Assembly (NCBI GenBank): GCA_021799355.1
Contig: JAJZAQ010000009.1
Span: 7,189 to 71,188, forward strand
Reading direction: 5' to 3'
DNA: 64,000 nt
Origin: Pseudomonadota bacterium
GTDB taxonomy: Bacteria; Pseudomonadota; Gammaproteobacteria; Burkholderiales; Burkholderiaceae_C
This document shows positions 1 through 10,453 of this stretch, one piece after another. How positions within the stretch are numbered: position 1 is the stretch's first letter; the number at the start of each line of letters is the position of its first letter. Position numbers and translations under genes: made by a program. A model generated the notes under the pieces. The model was not told the DNA's origin and ran no database searches. It worked only from the letters and a program-made list of their open reading frames with translations.

Positions 1-1
1 C

Positions 2-421
2 AGCGCGCGCTTTTGTCTGTCCGAGGTCAAGCTCGGGTTGATCCCGGCGACCATCATGCCCTACGTGCTGCGCGCCATCGGCGAGCGCGCCGCGCAGCGC
101 TACACCCTGACCGCCGAGGTGTTCGACGCCGCGACCGCGCAGCGCGTCGGGCTGGTGCACGAGGTCGCAGCCGATGCCGCAGCGCTCGATGCGCAGGTCG
201 CGCGCTGGGTGCGGCAGCTGCTGGCCGCCTCGCCGCAGGCGCTGGCTGCGGCCAAGACGCTGATCGCCGACGTCGCCCACCGCCATCTCGGCGACGCGCT
301 GCTGGCCGACACCGCAGAGCGCATCGCTGCCGCGCGCGCCAGCCGCGACGGCCGTGAAGGCATCGCCGCTTTTCTCAACAGACGCCAACCCGACTGGGTC
401 GGTTCGCCCGATTTGACATGA
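2..421 (+). CDS. enoyl-CoA hydratase/crotonase family, C-terminal part (5' end outside window); LiuC-like methylglutaconyl-CoA hydratase by context
   Basis: The frame is open from the window edge and reads [34 protein letters not shown] (crotonase-fold KLGLIP segment). It ends at TGA 419-421. It lies in a cluster with an acyl-CoA carboxylase alpha subunit and HMG-CoA lyase. Confidence 0.75.
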   Translation, partial: SARFCLSEVKLGLIPATIMPYVLRAIGERAAQRYTLTAEVFDAATAQRVGLVHEVAADAAALDAQVARWVRQLLAASPQALAAAKTLIADVAHRHLGDALLADTAERIAAARASRDGREGIAAFLNRRQPDWVGSPDLT

Positions 422-1440
422 CCCCAACTCAAACCACGTCCTGGAACACGCAGCGCATTCAGACCCTGCTCGATCTGCCGCTGCCCGAGCTGCTGTGGCA
501 GGCGCAGCAGGTGCACCGCGCGCATTTCGACCCGACCGAAATCCAGCTCTCCTCGCTGCTGTCGATCAAAACCGGCGGCTGCGCGGAGGACTGCGCATAT
601 TGCCCGCAGTCGGCGCATTACGACGTCGGCGTGACCGCGGGAAAGCTGATGGACGTCGATGCCGTGCTCGCGCACGCGCAGGCGGCCAAAGACGCCGGCG
701 CGGGCCGCTTTTGCATGGGCGCGGCGTGGCGCGAGCCCAAGGATCGCGACCTGGACAAGATCGCAGCCATCGTGCGCGGGGTCAAGGCGCTGGGGCTGCA
801 GACCTGCATGACCCTGGGGATGCTGACGGCCGAGCAGGCGCAGCGCCTGGCCGACGCCGGGCTGGACTACTACAACCACAACCTCGACACCTCGCCCGAG
901 TTCTACGGCCGCATCATCACCACCCGCACCTATCAGGAACGGCTCGACACCCTGCAGCACGTGCGTGCAGCGGGCATGGCCGTGTGCTGCGGCGGCATCG
1001 TCGGCATGGGGGAGAGCCGCGCCGACCGCGCCGCGCTGCTGGCCGAGCTCGCGGCGCTCGACCCCTACCCCGAATCGGTGCCGATCAACGCGCTGGTGCG
1101 CGTGGCCGGCACGCCGCTGGAGCATGCACCCGACCTCGACCCGTTCGAGTTCGTGCGCACCGTCGCCGCCGCGCGCATCGTGATGCCGCGCGCCTGGGTG
1201 CGGCTGTCGGCGGGGCGCAAGGAACTGGGCGACGGCATCCAGGCGCTGTGCTTCCTCGCCGGGGCGAATTCCATTTTCTACGGCGACACCTTGCTGGTCA
1301 CCGGCAACGCCGAGGTCGAGGCCGACCGCGCGCTGTTTTCCCGGCTGGGGCTGCGCGCGCAGGGGTTGCCGCCGGCGGCCGACGCGCCTGCCGCCGGCAG
1401 CGTGACGCGCCGCACCATCGCGTTGCAGCCGGAAAACTGA
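418..1440 (+). CDS. bioB: biotin synthase
   Basis: 340 aa. Carries the radical-SAM [11 protein letters not shown] (CxxxCxxC), YNHNLDTS and GGIVGMGE motifs. ATG 418 overlaps the upstream stop (ATGA). Confidence 0.95.
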   Translation: MTPTQTTSWNTQRIQTLLDLPLPELLWQAQQVHRAHFDPTEIQLSSLLSIKTGGCAEDCAYCPQSAHYDVGVTAGKLMDVDAVLAHAQAAKDAGAGRFCMGAAWREPKDRDLDKIAAIVRGVKALGLQTCMTLGMLTAEQAQRLADAGLDYYNHNLDTSPEFYGRIITTRTYQERLDTLQHVRAAGMAVCCGGIVGMGESRADRAALLAELAALDPYPESVPINALVRVAGTPLEHAPDLDPFEFVRTVAAARIVMPRAWVRLSAGRKELGDGIQALCFLAGANSIFYGDTLLVTGNAEVEADRALFSRLGLRAQGLPPAADAPAAGSVTRRTIALQPEN

Positions 1441-1447
1441 CCTGCCG

Positions 1448-2092
1448 ATGCAGCCCCCGGCGCTCGATACCCTGCAACTGCTCGCGCTGGCCGCGGCGCT
1501 GGGCTGGGCCAGCGGGCTGCGCGCGTTTCTCGTGCTGTTCGCCGTCGGCGTGGCCGGGATGGCGGGCTGGGTGCAACTGCCCGCCGGGCTGCAGCCGCTG
1601 GCCACGCCGGTGGCCATCGGCATCACCGGTTTTTTTGCCCTGCTCGAATTCATCGGCGACAAAATCCCCGGTGCCGACAGCCTGCTCGATTTTGTGTCCA
1701 CCCTGCTGCGCATCCCCGCGGGGGCGCTTCTCGCTGCCAGCGTGTTCGGGCTGGACCACACACTGGTCGCGGCGCTGGCCGCAGCCGCCGGCGGCAGCCT
1801 GGCTGCGCTCAGCCATGGGACCAAACTGTCCACGCGCGCGGCGATCAACACGTCGTCCGAGCCGTTTTCCAATATCGGTGCGTCTCTGGGCGAGGAGGGC
1901 GTGGTGCTCGCCGCGCTGTGGCTGGCGCTGGCGCATCCGCTGCTGTTTTTTCCCGCGCTGGCCCTCGCCATCGTCGTCATGCTGTGGTTGTTGCGCAGGA
2001 GCTGGCGTTTTGTCCGCGGTCTGCTCGGCCGCATGGTGCGTCTGTTTGGCGGCCGCACGCCGGGCGACGCGCCAGTGCGCAAGGAGGAATGA
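1448..2092 (+). CDS. integral membrane protein, DUF4126-like
   Basis: 214 aa, Ala/Leu/Gly-rich with several hydrophobic helices. High GC3. Wedged 7 nt after bioB and 3 nt before the carboxylase gene. The family assignment is from memory only. Confidence 0.6.
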   Translation: MQPPALDTLQLLALAAALGWASGLRAFLVLFAVGVAGMAGWVQLPAGLQPLATPVAIGITGFFALLEFIGDKIPGADSLLDFVSTLLRIPAGALLAASVFGLDHTLVAALAAAAGGSLAALSHGTKLSTRAAINTSSEPFSNIGASLGEEGVVLAALWLALAHPLLFFPALALAIVVMLWLLRRSWRFVRGLLGRMVRLFGGRTPGDAPVRKEE

Positions 2093-2095
2093 GCC

Positions 2096-4147
2096 ATGTT
2101 GAGCAAAATTCTCATCGCCAACAGAGGAGAAATCGCCTGCCGCGTCGCCGCGACCTGCCGCAAGCTCGGCATTGCCACGGTGGCGGTGTATTCCGCGGCA
2201 GATGCGCAGGCGGCGCACGTCGCCGCGTGCGACGAGGCCGTGTGCATCGGTCCGGCCGAGGCGGCGCACAGCTATCTCGACGCCGGGCGCATCGTGCAGG
2301 CCGCGCTCGACACTGGGGCGCAGGCCATTCATCCAGGATATGGTTTTCTCAGCGAGAACCCCGATTTCGCGCGGCGCTGCGCGCAAGCCGGTGTGGTGTT
2401 CATCGGTCCGCCGCCGCAGGCGATGCAGGCCATGGGGCTCAAGGCCGAGGCCAAACGGCTGATGGCCGCAGCAGGCGTGCCGCTGGTGCCGGGCTACCAC
2501 GGCGCCGACCAGGACGATGCCCGGCTGCGCGCCGAGGCCGGGCGTATCGGCTACCCGCTGCTGCTCAAGGCCAGCGCAGGCGGCGGCGGCAAGGGCATGC
2601 GGGAAGTGCACGCGCCGGCCGATTTCGACGCGGCGCTGGCGTCGTGCCGGCGCGAGGCGGCGGCCAGCTTCGGCAACGATGCCCTGCTCATCGAACGTCT
2701 GGTGCGCAACCCGCGGCACATCGAAATCCAGGTGTTCGCCGACGGCTACGGCCACTGTCTGTGGCTGTTCGAGCGCGACTGTTCGATGCAGCGCCGGCAT
2801 CAAAAGGTGATCGAAGAAGCGCCCGCCCCCGGATTGCCCGACACCATGCGCCGCGACATGGGCGCCGCCGCGGTGGCCGCGGCCAAGGCCGTCGGCTACG
2901 TCGGCGCGGGAACGGTGGAATTCATCGTCGAATGCAGCGAAGACGGCGTGCCGCAGACGTTTTATTTCATGGAAATGAACACCCGGCTGCAGGTCGAGCA
3001 CCCGGTGACCGAGGCCATCACCGGGCTCGATCTGGTCGAATGGCAGTTGCGCGTGGCCGCTGGCGAGCCGCTGCCTCTGGGTCAGGCCGAGGTGCAGGGG
3101 CAGGGCCATGCGGTGGAGGCGCGGCTGTACGCCGAACATCCCGAGGCCGGTTTTCTGCCATCGACCGGGCGGCTGGCCTGTCTGCACCTGCCGCCGCACA
3201 CGGCGTTTGCCGTCAGCCGCGACGCGGGGGGAATCCGCGTGGACAGCGGCGTGCGTCAGGGCGACGACATCACGCCGTACTACGACCCGATGATCGCCAA
3301 GCTCATCGCCTGGGGGCCGACGCGCGCACAGGCCGTGGCCCGGCTGCGGCAGGCGCTGGCAGCCACGCGCATCGCCGGGGTGCAGACCAATGTGCAGTTT
3401 GTCCACCGGCTGCTCGGCCTGCCGGCGTTTGCCGCCGGCGTGCTCGACACCGGACTCATCGGCCGCGAGCAGGACGTATTGCTCGCCACGCCGTCGATCC
3501 CGCTGCATCTGGCCTGCGCCGCCGTGGCCGGGGCCCTGCTCGACGACGCGGCTGCGCGGCAGACCGCCGATCCGTGGTCGGTGAGCGACGGCTTTACCAA
3601 CGGGGTGATGCCGCCACGCAGCCTGGCGTTCGACAGCCCCTGGGGCGAGCTGCGCTGCACACTGTTTTACCCCGCAGCCGGCCAGCCCCTGCGGCTGCAG
3701 GCGCCGGGGCTGGCGACGCCGCAGCCCTTCTCCTGCACGGTGCAGGCGGTGCAGCCGCCGCTGCGTACCCTGGTACTGACGCTGGGGGCGCAACGTGCGC
3801 GCCTGGACGTGGCGCCGCTGGGTGAGGCGGGCTGGCAGGTGTTCGCCGCGGGCGAGCAGGTGACGCTGCGCCTGCGCACCGCCGATTTTGCCGCTGCCGG
3901 CGCCGCGCACGGCGGAGGACGCCTGACGGCGCCGATGCCCGGCAAGCTCATCGCTGTGCACGTGCACACCGGGCAGGAGGTGCAGGCAGGAGACGCGCTG
4001 CTGGTGCTCGAAGCGATGAAAATGGAACACACGCTGTGCGCCCCCGCCGCCGGGCGGGTGAGCGAAGTGCTTTACGCCGTGGGCGACCAAGTGAGCGAGG
4101 GCGCCGAGCTGTTGCGCATCGAGGCGCTGGAGGAAACAAGCGCATGA
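2096..4147 (+). CDS. liuD: biotin-dependent acyl-CoA carboxylase alpha subunit (biotin carboxylase + BCCP domain); probable 3-methylcrotonyl-CoA carboxylase alpha
   Basis: 683 aa. N-terminus MLSKILIANRGEIACRV, ATP-grasp GGGGKGMR, and a C-terminal biotinylation site EAMKMEH. The liu context supports the substrate assignment. Confidence 0.9.
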   Translation: MLSKILIANRGEIACRVAATCRKLGIATVAVYSAADAQAAHVAACDEAVCIGPAEAAHSYLDAGRIVQAALDTGAQAIHPGYGFLSENPDFARRCAQAGVVFIGPPPQAMQAMGLKAEAKRLMAAAGVPLVPGYHGADQDDARLRAEAGRIGYPLLLKASAGGGGKGMREVHAPADFDAALASCRREAAASFGNDALLIERLVRNPRHIEIQVFADGYGHCLWLFERDCSMQRRHQKVIEEAPAPGLPDTMRRDMGAAAVAAAKAVGYVGAGTVEFIVECSEDGVPQTFYFMEMNTRLQVEHPVTEAITGLDLVEWQLRVAAGEPLPLGQAEVQGQGHAVEARLYAEHPEAGFLPSTGRLACLHLPPHTAFAVSRDAGGIRVDSGVRQGDDITPYYDPMIAKLIAWGPTRAQAVARLRQALAATRIAGVQTNVQFVHRLLGLPAFAAGVLDTGLIGREQDVLLATPSIPLHLACAAVAGALLDDAAARQTADPWSVSDGFTNGVMPPRSLAFDSPWGELRCTLFYPAAGQPLRLQAPGLATPQPFSCTVQAVQPPLRTLVLTLGAQRARLDVAPLGEAGWQVFAAGEQVTLRLRTADFAAAGAAHGGGRLTAPMPGKLIAVHVHTGQEVQAGDALLVLEAMKMEHTLCAPAAGRVSEVLYAVGDQVSEGAELLRIEALEETSA

Positions 4148-5094
4148 GACTGGCGGTTTGGGACCCGGACGAGCCGTTTCGCCGCTGGCGCGACGCGCTG
4201 GTGCAGCACGCGCTGGAAGTCGGGCTGGCGGTCGACGTCATCGACGCTCCTGCCCAACCCGAGGCGCAGGCCGATTTTGCCCTGGTGTGGAAACCGCCGT
4301 CGGACTGGCTGGCCGGCCAACTCGGCCTGCGCGCGGTGTTCAACCTGGGTGCCGGGGTCGATGCCATCGCCCCGCTGCTGCACCGGCTGCATCCGGGTGT
4401 GCCGTTGATCCGGCTGGAAGACGCCGGCATGGGACGACAGATGGCCGACTATGTCGCCGAAGGCGTGCTGCACGCCTACCGCCGCATGGCCGATTACGCC
4501 GAGCAGCAGGCGCAGCAGCGCTGGCAGCCGCTGCCGCTGCCGCCGCGCGCGAGTTTTCGCGTGGGCTTTCTCGGGCTCGGGCAGATGGGCGCGGCGGCGG
4601 CGCGCCGGGTAGCGGCGATGGAGTTTCCCATCCTTGCCTGCACCCGCAGCGGAGACGCGCGCGCGGCAGGCGGCCTGTCCTGCCCGGTCTACGCGCTGCA
4701 GCAACTCGACGAATTTCTCGCGCAGACCCGCGTGCTGGTGGTGTTGCTGCCACTGACTGCAGACACCCGCGGCCTGCTCGACTACGCTGCGCTGAGCCAC
4801 CTGCCGCCAGGCGCGCACCTCATCAACGCCAGCCGTGGCGCAGTGATCGACCAGGCCGACCTGCTCGATCTGCTGCACGGCGGGCAGATCGGCAGCGCGC
4901 TGCTCGATGTGTTCGCCACCGAGCCGCTGCCGGCTGACGATCCGCTGTGGCGCCATCCGCGGGTGCGCATCACCCCGCACGTGGCGGCGCAAACCCTGGT
5001 CGGCCCGGCAGCAGCGCAGGTGATGCGCAAAATCGCCGCGATCGAGCGCGGCGAAACGCCCAGCGGCGTGGTCGACATGCGGCTGGGCTATTGA
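4144..5094 (+). CDS. D-isomer-specific 2-hydroxyacid dehydrogenase (GhrA-like glyoxylate/hydroxypyruvate reductase family)
   Basis: ATG 4144 overlaps the upstream TGA 4145-4147. Has the NAD fold GFLGLGQMG, and the INASRG and ITPHVAAQT segments typical of the family. Confidence 0.85.
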   Translation: MRLAVWDPDEPFRRWRDALVQHALEVGLAVDVIDAPAQPEAQADFALVWKPPSDWLAGQLGLRAVFNLGAGVDAIAPLLHRLHPGVPLIRLEDAGMGRQMADYVAEGVLHAYRRMADYAEQQAQQRWQPLPLPPRASFRVGFLGLGQMGAAAARRVAAMEFPILACTRSGDARAAGGLSCPVYALQQLDEFLAQTRVLVVLLPLTADTRGLLDYAALSHLPPGAHLINASRGAVIDQADLLDLLHGGQIGSALLDVFATEPLPADDPLWRHPRVRITPHVAAQTLVGPAAAQVMRKIAAIERGETPSGVVDMRLGY

Positions 5095-5115
5095 ACCGTG
5101 AAGGAGAATCCGCCG

Positions 5116-6048
5116 ATGAACATGTCCTTCAGCCTGCCGGCCTCCGTCCAGGTCGTCGAAGTCGGCCCGCGCGACGGACTGCAGAACGAACCACAGCCCG
5201 TACCGCTGGACGTGAAAGTGCAGCTCATCGACCGGCTGTCGGCAGCGGGCTTCGGCCACATCGAAGCCGCGGCGTTCGTTTCGCCCAAATGGGTGCCGCA
5301 GATGGCCGGCAGCGCCGATGTGTTGGCGCGCATCCGGCGGCGCGCAGGCACGGTGTATTCCGCGCTGGTGCCCAACCTCAAGGGCATGGAAGCGGCGCTG
5401 GCGGCGGGGGTGGACGAGGTCGTGGTGTTCAGCGCTGCCAGCGAAGCCTTTGCGCAGAAAAACATCAACTGCTCGATCGCCGAGTCGATCGAGCGCTTTC
5501 GCCCGGTGGCGCAGGCAGCCAGGGATGCCGGAATCCGACTGCGCGGCAGCATTTCGGTGGCGCTGGGCTGCCCGTACCAGGGTGAGGTGCGCCCGGCAGC
5601 CGTGGCCGAGGTGGCGCAGCGCATGGCCGACCTGGGCTGCGACAGCATCGACATCGCCGACACCATCGGCGTGGGCACGCCGGGTGCGGTGCAGGCGGTC
5701 TTCGAGGCCACCGCGCGGGTGTTTCCGCTGTCGCGGCAGGCCGGACATTTCCACGATACTTACGGCCAGGCGCTGGCCAATGTGTACGCCGCGCTGCAGT
5801 TGGGTGTGGCCAATTTCCATTCTTCGGTCGCCGGGTTGGGTGGCTGCCCTTACGCCAGGGGCGCCAGCGGCAACGTCGCCACCGAGGACCTGCTCTACCT
5901 GCTGCACGGCCTGGGGATCGACACCGGTGTCGACCTGCACGCCGTGGTGCAGGCCGGCGATTTCATCTGCCGTGCCATCGGCCGCCCGAACAACAGCCGC
6001 GCCGGCCGTGCGCTGCTGGCCAAGTGGGCGCAAGGGGATGCGGCCTGA
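5116..6048 (+). CDS. liuE: hydroxymethylglutaryl-CoA lyase
   Basis: AAGGAGA Shine-Dalgarno at 5101-5107, 8 nt before ATG 5116. Motifs VEVGPRDGLQNE, HFHDTYGQALANV and GLGGCPYA. Confidence 0.92.
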   Translation: MNMSFSLPASVQVVEVGPRDGLQNEPQPVPLDVKVQLIDRLSAAGFGHIEAAAFVSPKWVPQMAGSADVLARIRRRAGTVYSALVPNLKGMEAALAAGVDEVVVFSAASEAFAQKNINCSIAESIERFRPVAQAARDAGIRLRGSISVALGCPYQGEVRPAAVAEVAQRMADLGCDSIDIADTIGVGTPGAVQAVFEATARVFPLSRQAGHFHDTYGQALANVYAALQLGVANFHSSVAGLGGCPYARGASGNVATEDLLYLLHGLGIDTGVDLHAVVQAGDFICRAIGRPNNSRAGRALLAKWAQGDAA

Positions 6049-6065
6049 CCCAACCCACGACGACC

Positions 6066-6578
6066 ATGCAAACCCTGTCGCCTGCTGCCGCAGCGTATCC
6101 CACCTCGATCCAGCGCGTTGCCGACGCCCTTGCCGCGCTCGGCCATGCGCAACAGCCGGTGCTGCTCGACGCGGCGGCGCGCACCGCGCAGCAGGCGGCC
6201 GATGCGCTGGGCGTGGCCCTGGGCCAGATCGCCAAGTCGATCGTGTTTCGCCACGTGGGCAGCGGTCGCGCCGTGCTCGTGGTCTGCGCCGGCGACCGTC
6301 GCGTCGACGAACGCGCGGTGACCGCGCAGGTGGGGGAGCTGGCGCGGGCCGATGCCGCATTCGTTCGCGCCACCACCGGCTTTGCCATCGGCGGCGTCAG
6401 CCCGGTCGGCCATGCGCAGCCGCCGATCGCGCTGCTCGACGATAGCCTGTGGCGCTTCGACCGGATCTGGGCCGCAGCCGGTCATCCGCACGCGGTGTTT
6501 GCGCTGCAGCCCGACGATCTGGTGCGTTGGCTGCAGGTGCAGCCCAGCGCCGTCAGCCTGGTGCCGCCGGGAGCGTGA
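6066..6578 (+). CDS. YbaK/EbsC-type aminoacyl-tRNA editing (deacylase) domain protein
   Basis: About 170 aa. Contains the IAKSIVF and FAIGGVSPVGH segments typical of the YbaK/ProX fold. The start is chosen at the internal ATG (MQTLSP). Confidence 0.75.
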   Translation: MQTLSPAAAAYPTSIQRVADALAALGHAQQPVLLDAAARTAQQAADALGVALGQIAKSIVFRHVGSGRAVLVVCAGDRRVDERAVTAQVGELARADAAFVRATTGFAIGGVSPVGHAQPPIALLDDSLWRFDRIWAAAGHPHAVFALQPDDLVRWLQVQPSAVSLVPPGA

Positions 6579-6579
6579 C

Positions 6580-6792
6580 GTGGCCGTGCCTTCGCCCTGT
6601 GTGCACGTCTGCACCCTGGATGCCGCCACCGGCCTGTGCCGCGGCTGCTCGCGCACACTGGATGAAATCGCGCGCTGGAGCACGATGAGCGAAGCGGACA
6701 GACTGCACGTGTGGGCGCAGATCCGGCAGCGCCGGGACGGATGCGCCACGCGCCCGCCAGCGGCGGAGTCGGCGGGCGGGCGGCGGGAATAG
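6580..6792 (+). CDS. DUF1289-type small Cys-rich protein
   Basis: Contains PCVHVCTLDAATGLCRGCSRTLDEIARWSTMSEADR (C-x3-C ... CxGCxRTxxEI). The GTG start lies 2 nt after the ybaK-like stop and is uncertain. Confidence 0.6.
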   Translation: MAVPSPCVHVCTLDAATGLCRGCSRTLDEIARWSTMSEADRLHVWAQIRQRRDGCATRPPAAESAGGRRE

Positions 6793-6861
6793 AATCCCGG
6801 CTTTGCACAAAAAAGCGGCAGCCGCGGGAGCGGTCCGGCCGCGCTGAGCGCCTTGCCTGCC

Positions 6862-7917
6862 ATGTCCGCCCATCGTCTGCCCGCCGTTTCCGCTGCCGCG
6901 CTGCCGGCGCCGCTGCGGCTCGGGCGTTTCGAGCTGCCAAACCGGGTGTTCGCCGCGCCGATGGCCGGGGTCACCGACCGGCCGTACCGGCGGCTGGCGC
7001 GGCAACTCGGCGCCGGTTATTGCGTGAGCGAAATGGTGACTGCGCGCGCCGACCTACGCGACACCCTCAAGACCTCGCGCCGCGCCAACCACGACGGCGA
7101 GGCCGCGCCGATTGCGGTGCAGATCGTCGGCACCGACCCCGAGCAAATCGCCGAGGCCACCGTCTACAACCTGCAGCGCGGCGCCGACATCATCGACATC
7201 AACATGGGCTGCCCGGCGAAAAAGGTGTGCAACCGCTGGGCCGGTTCGGCGCTGATGCAGGACGAAGACTTGGCCGCGCGCCTGGTCGAAGCCGCGGTCG
7301 CCGCCGCGCGGCCGTTCGGCGCGCCGGTGACGCTCAAAATGCGCGCCGGCTGGTGCGATGCCGAGCGCAACGCCCCGCGCATCGCCGCCCGCGCCGAAGC
7401 CGCCGGCGCGGCGATGATCGTGGTGCACGGTCGCACCCGTGAGCAGGGCTACGGCGGGCAGGCGGAGTACGACACGATTGCCGAGGTCAAGCGTCGGGTG
7501 GCCGTCCCGGTGGTTGCCAACGGCGACATCGACTCGCCGCAAAAAGCCGCCGCGGTGCTGGCGCAGACCGGCGCCGACGCGGTGATGATCGGCCGCGCCG
7601 CGCTTGGCCGCCCCTGGCTGTTCGGTCAGGTCGCGCGCTTTCTTGCCGAAGGCACGCTGCTGCCCGACCCGCCGCCCGCGCAGTGGCGCGACTGGCTGTT
7701 CGCGCATCTGGACGACCACTACCGGCTTTACGGCGAAGCGGTCGGCGTGCGCAGCGCGCGCAAACACGTCGGCTGGTACGTCGCCAGCCTGCCCGGCGGC
7801 GAGGCGTTTCGTCGCCATTTCAACACCCTGCAGACCGCCGCCGGGCAGCTCGATGCGCTGCGGCGGTTTTTGCACGATCCACGGCCGCACGCCGCCTTTT
7901 GCCTTGCCGCCGCATGA
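6862..7917 (+). CDS. dusB: tRNA-dihydrouridine synthase B
   Basis: Motifs FAAPMAGVTDRPYR and DINMGCPAKKV. The conserved dusB-fis gene pair supports the call. Confidence 0.93.
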   Translation: MSAHRLPAVSAAALPAPLRLGRFELPNRVFAAPMAGVTDRPYRRLARQLGAGYCVSEMVTARADLRDTLKTSRRANHDGEAAPIAVQIVGTDPEQIAEATVYNLQRGADIIDINMGCPAKKVCNRWAGSALMQDEDLAARLVEAAVAAARPFGAPVTLKMRAGWCDAERNAPRIAARAEAAGAAMIVVHGRTREQGYGGQAEYDTIAEVKRRVAVPVVANGDIDSPQKAAAVLAQTGADAVMIGRAALGRPWLFGQVARFLAEGTLLPDPPPAQWRDWLFAHLDDHYRLYGEAVGVRSARKHVGWYVASLPGGEAFRRHFNTLQTAAGQLDALRRFLHDPRPHAAFCLAAA

Positions 7918-8165
7918 AGCCGACGCACAAAACTCTCGAACAATGCGTGGTCGACAGCCTCGAAGGCTTTTTCCGTGACCTCGGCGGCTCCGAGCCGCAC
8001 GGCATCCACGCCATGGTCATGGCCGCGGTGGAAAAGCCGCTGCTGGCGACCGTGATGAAACACGCCGGGGGCAACCAGTCGCTGGCCGCGCGCTGGCTGG
8101 ACATCAACCGCAACACCCTGCGCAAAAAACTCGCCGAGCACAAATTGCTCAAGCCCGGCGAGTGA
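7914..8165 (+). CDS. fis: DNA-binding protein Fis
   Basis: 83 aa. C-terminal helix-turn-helix [24 protein letters not shown] overlaps the dusB stop. Confidence 0.9.
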   Translation: MKPTHKTLEQCVVDSLEGFFRDLGGSEPHGIHAMVMAAVEKPLLATVMKHAGGNQSLAARWLDINRNTLRKKLAEHKLLKPGE

Positions 8166-8202
8166 CGACGCACCTTTTCCGGACTTTTCCCTTTTCGCCG
8201 CC

Positions 8203-9750
8203 ATGCAAGCCCTGATTTCCGTTTCCGACAAAACCGGCGTGCTCGAACTCGCCCGCGACCTGCACGCTCTAGGCGTGCGGCTGCTGTCCACCGGCGGCAC
8301 CGCCAAACTGCTGCGCGACAGCGGGCTGCCGGTGACCGAGGTTGCAGACTACACCGGCTTTCCCGAAATGCTCGACGGCCGGGTCAAGACCCTGCACCCC
8401 AAGGTGCACGCCGGGCTGCTGGCGCGGCGTGACCTGCCCGAGCACGTCGCGCAGACCCGGGCGCACGACTTGCCGGCGATCGACATCCTGTGCGTCAACC
8501 TCTACCCGTTCGAGGCCACGGTGGCCAAGCCGCATACCCTGGACGAAGCGATCGAAAACATCGACATCGGCGGCCCGGCGATGGTGCGCTCCGCGGCGAA
8601 GAACTACCGGCATGTGACCGTGCTCACCGACCCGGCGGACTACGCCCGTGTGGTCGACGAACTGCGCGCCGGCGGGGTCAAGCCCGAGACGCGCTTCGCG
8701 CTGGCGGTCAAGGCGTTCAACCGCATTGCGCAATACGACGCGGCGATCGCCAATTACCTGTCGGCGCTGCGCGACGACGGCACGCGCGACCCATTTCCGG
8801 CGCAGCTCAACCTGGTGTTCACCCGCCAGCAGGAACTGCGCTACGGCGAAAACCCGCACCAGCGCGCCGCGTTCTACGTCGAGCCGGGCGCGCGCGAGGC
8901 CAGCATCGCCACCGCGCGGCAGCTGCAGGGCAAAGAGCTCTCCTACAACAACATCGCCGACGCCGACGCGGCGCTGGAATGCGTCAAGCAGTTCGACGGC
9001 GCGCCGGCCTGCGTGATCGTCAAGCACGCCAACCCCTGCGGCGTGGCGGTGGGCGAGTCGCTGCTGGCCGCCTACGACCGCGCTTACCGCACCGACCCCG
9101 AATCGGCCTTCGGCGGCATCATCGCGGTCAACCGCGAGCTCGACGCCGCCACCGCCCGCGCCATCGTCGAGCGGCAGTTCGTCGAGGTCATCATCGCCCC
9201 CAGCGTGTCGGCTGAGGCCAGTTCCATCTGCGCAGCGAAAAAGAACGTGCGGCTGCTGGTCACCGGCTCGTGGGACGCGCAGCCCGGCGCGCGGCTGGAC
9301 TACAAGCGCGTGACCGGCGGCTTGCTGGTGCAGGACGCCGACCTCGCGCTGCACGGCGATCTGCAGGTGGTCAGTCGCCGCCAGCCCAGCGCCGCCGAAC
9401 TGCGCGACCTGCTGTTCGCCTGGCGCGTGGCGAAGTTCGTCAAGTCCAACGCGATCGTCTACGCCAAGGACGAGGCGACGGTGGGTGTGGGCGCCGGGCA
9501 GATGAGCCGGGTCAACTCCGCGCGCATCGCCGCGATCAAGGCCGAGCACGCCGGGCTGGCAGTCGCCGGCGCGGTGATGGCCTCCGACGCGTTCTTTCCG
9601 TTCCGCGACGGTATCGACAGCGCGGCGCAAGCCGGCATCACCGCGGTGATCCACCCCGGCGGGTCGATGCGCGACGCCGAAGTCATCGCCGCCGCCGACG
9701 AGCACGGCATGGCGATGGTGCTGACCGGCATGCGCCATTTCCGCCACTGA
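8203..9750 (+). CDS. purH: bifunctional AICAR transformylase / IMP cyclohydrolase
   Basis: 515 aa. N-terminus [13 protein letters not shown], internal [11 protein letters not shown]-terminus GMRHFRH. Confidence 0.97.
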   Translation: MQALISVSDKTGVLELARDLHALGVRLLSTGGTAKLLRDSGLPVTEVADYTGFPEMLDGRVKTLHPKVHAGLLARRDLPEHVAQTRAHDLPAIDILCVNLYPFEATVAKPHTLDEAIENIDIGGPAMVRSAAKNYRHVTVLTDPADYARVVDELRAGGVKPETRFALAVKAFNRIAQYDAAIANYLSALRDDGTRDPFPAQLNLVFTRQQELRYGENPHQRAAFYVEPGAREASIATARQLQGKELSYNNIADADAALECVKQFDGAPACVIVKHANPCGVAVGESLLAAYDRAYRTDPESAFGGIIAVNRELDAATARAIVERQFVEVIIAPSVSAEASSICAAKKNVRLLVTGSWDAQPGARLDYKRVTGGLLVQDADLALHGDLQVVSRRQPSAAELRDLLFAWRVAKFVKSNAIVYAKDEATVGVGAGQMSRVNSARIAAIKAEHAGLAVAGAVMASDAFFPFRDGIDSAAQAGITAVIHPGGSMRDAEVIAAADEHGMAMVLTGMRHFRH

Positions 9751-9779
9751 ACCCGCGGCAAAGCGCCGGCAGCGCGGCC

Positions 9780-10370
9780 ATGCGCATCCTCGGCATCGAC
9801 CCCGGGCTGAACACCACCGGCTACGGGGTGATCGACGCGCAGGGGCAGCGGCTGCGCTATGTGGCCAGTGGCACCATCCAGATTCCCCGCGCCGGCGCGC
9901 TGCCGCAGCGGCTCAAAACCCTGTTCGACGGCGTGGCCGAGGTGGCGCAGCAGGCGCAGGCGGACGTGGCGGTGGTGGAAATCGTGTTCGTCAACGTCAA
10001 CCCGCAATCGACCCTGCTGCTCGGGCAGGCGCGCGGCGCGGCGATTGCCGCGCTAGTCGCCAACGACTTGCCGGTGGTCGAGTACACCGCGCTGCAGCTC
10101 AAGAAATCCATCGTCGGCTATGGCCGTGCCAGCAAGGCGCAGGTGCAGGAGATGGTGGCGCGGCTGCTGGCGCTACCCGGGCTGCCGGCGACGGATGCCG
10201 CAGACGCCCTCGGGCTGGCGATCTGCCACGCCCATGCGCAGCGCGGGCTGTCGGTACTGGAGCAGGCAGCGCAGCCCGGTGCTGCTGTGGGCAACGCACC
10301 GACCGGCGACCGACTGGCCGCGGCACAGCTGCGCGGGCTGCGCACCCGCCGCGGGCGGCTGCTCGGCTGA
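9780..10370 (+). CDS. ruvC: crossover junction endodeoxyribonuclease RuvC
   Basis: N-terminus [19 protein letters not shown]. The [13 protein letters not shown] segment lies near the C-terminus. Confidence 0.93.
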   Translation: MRILGIDPGLNTTGYGVIDAQGQRLRYVASGTIQIPRAGALPQRLKTLFDGVAEVAQQAQADVAVVEIVFVNVNPQSTLLLGQARGAAIAALVANDLPVVEYTALQLKKSIVGYGRASKAQVQEMVARLLALPGLPATDAADALGLAICHAHAQRGLSVLEQAAQPGAAVGNAPTGDRLAAAQLRGLRTRRGRLLG

Positions 10371-10453
10371 GCGCCGCGCTCGGCGTGCGCGGAATCAGCC
10401 GCCAGCGACGATGCCGTCCATATGGGGGACGGGAAGCAGCGCGCGGTGCGCGA

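Noticed and set aside
100-4090. Very long minus-strand ORFs (715 aa and 930 aa) antisense to bioB, DUF4126 and the carboxylase gene.
   Set aside because: Their translations are Arg/Ala/Gly/Pro-rich low-complexity strings with no motifs. They lie opposite genes with unmistakable motifs. They are typical stop-codon-poor shadow ORFs of a very GC-rich genome.
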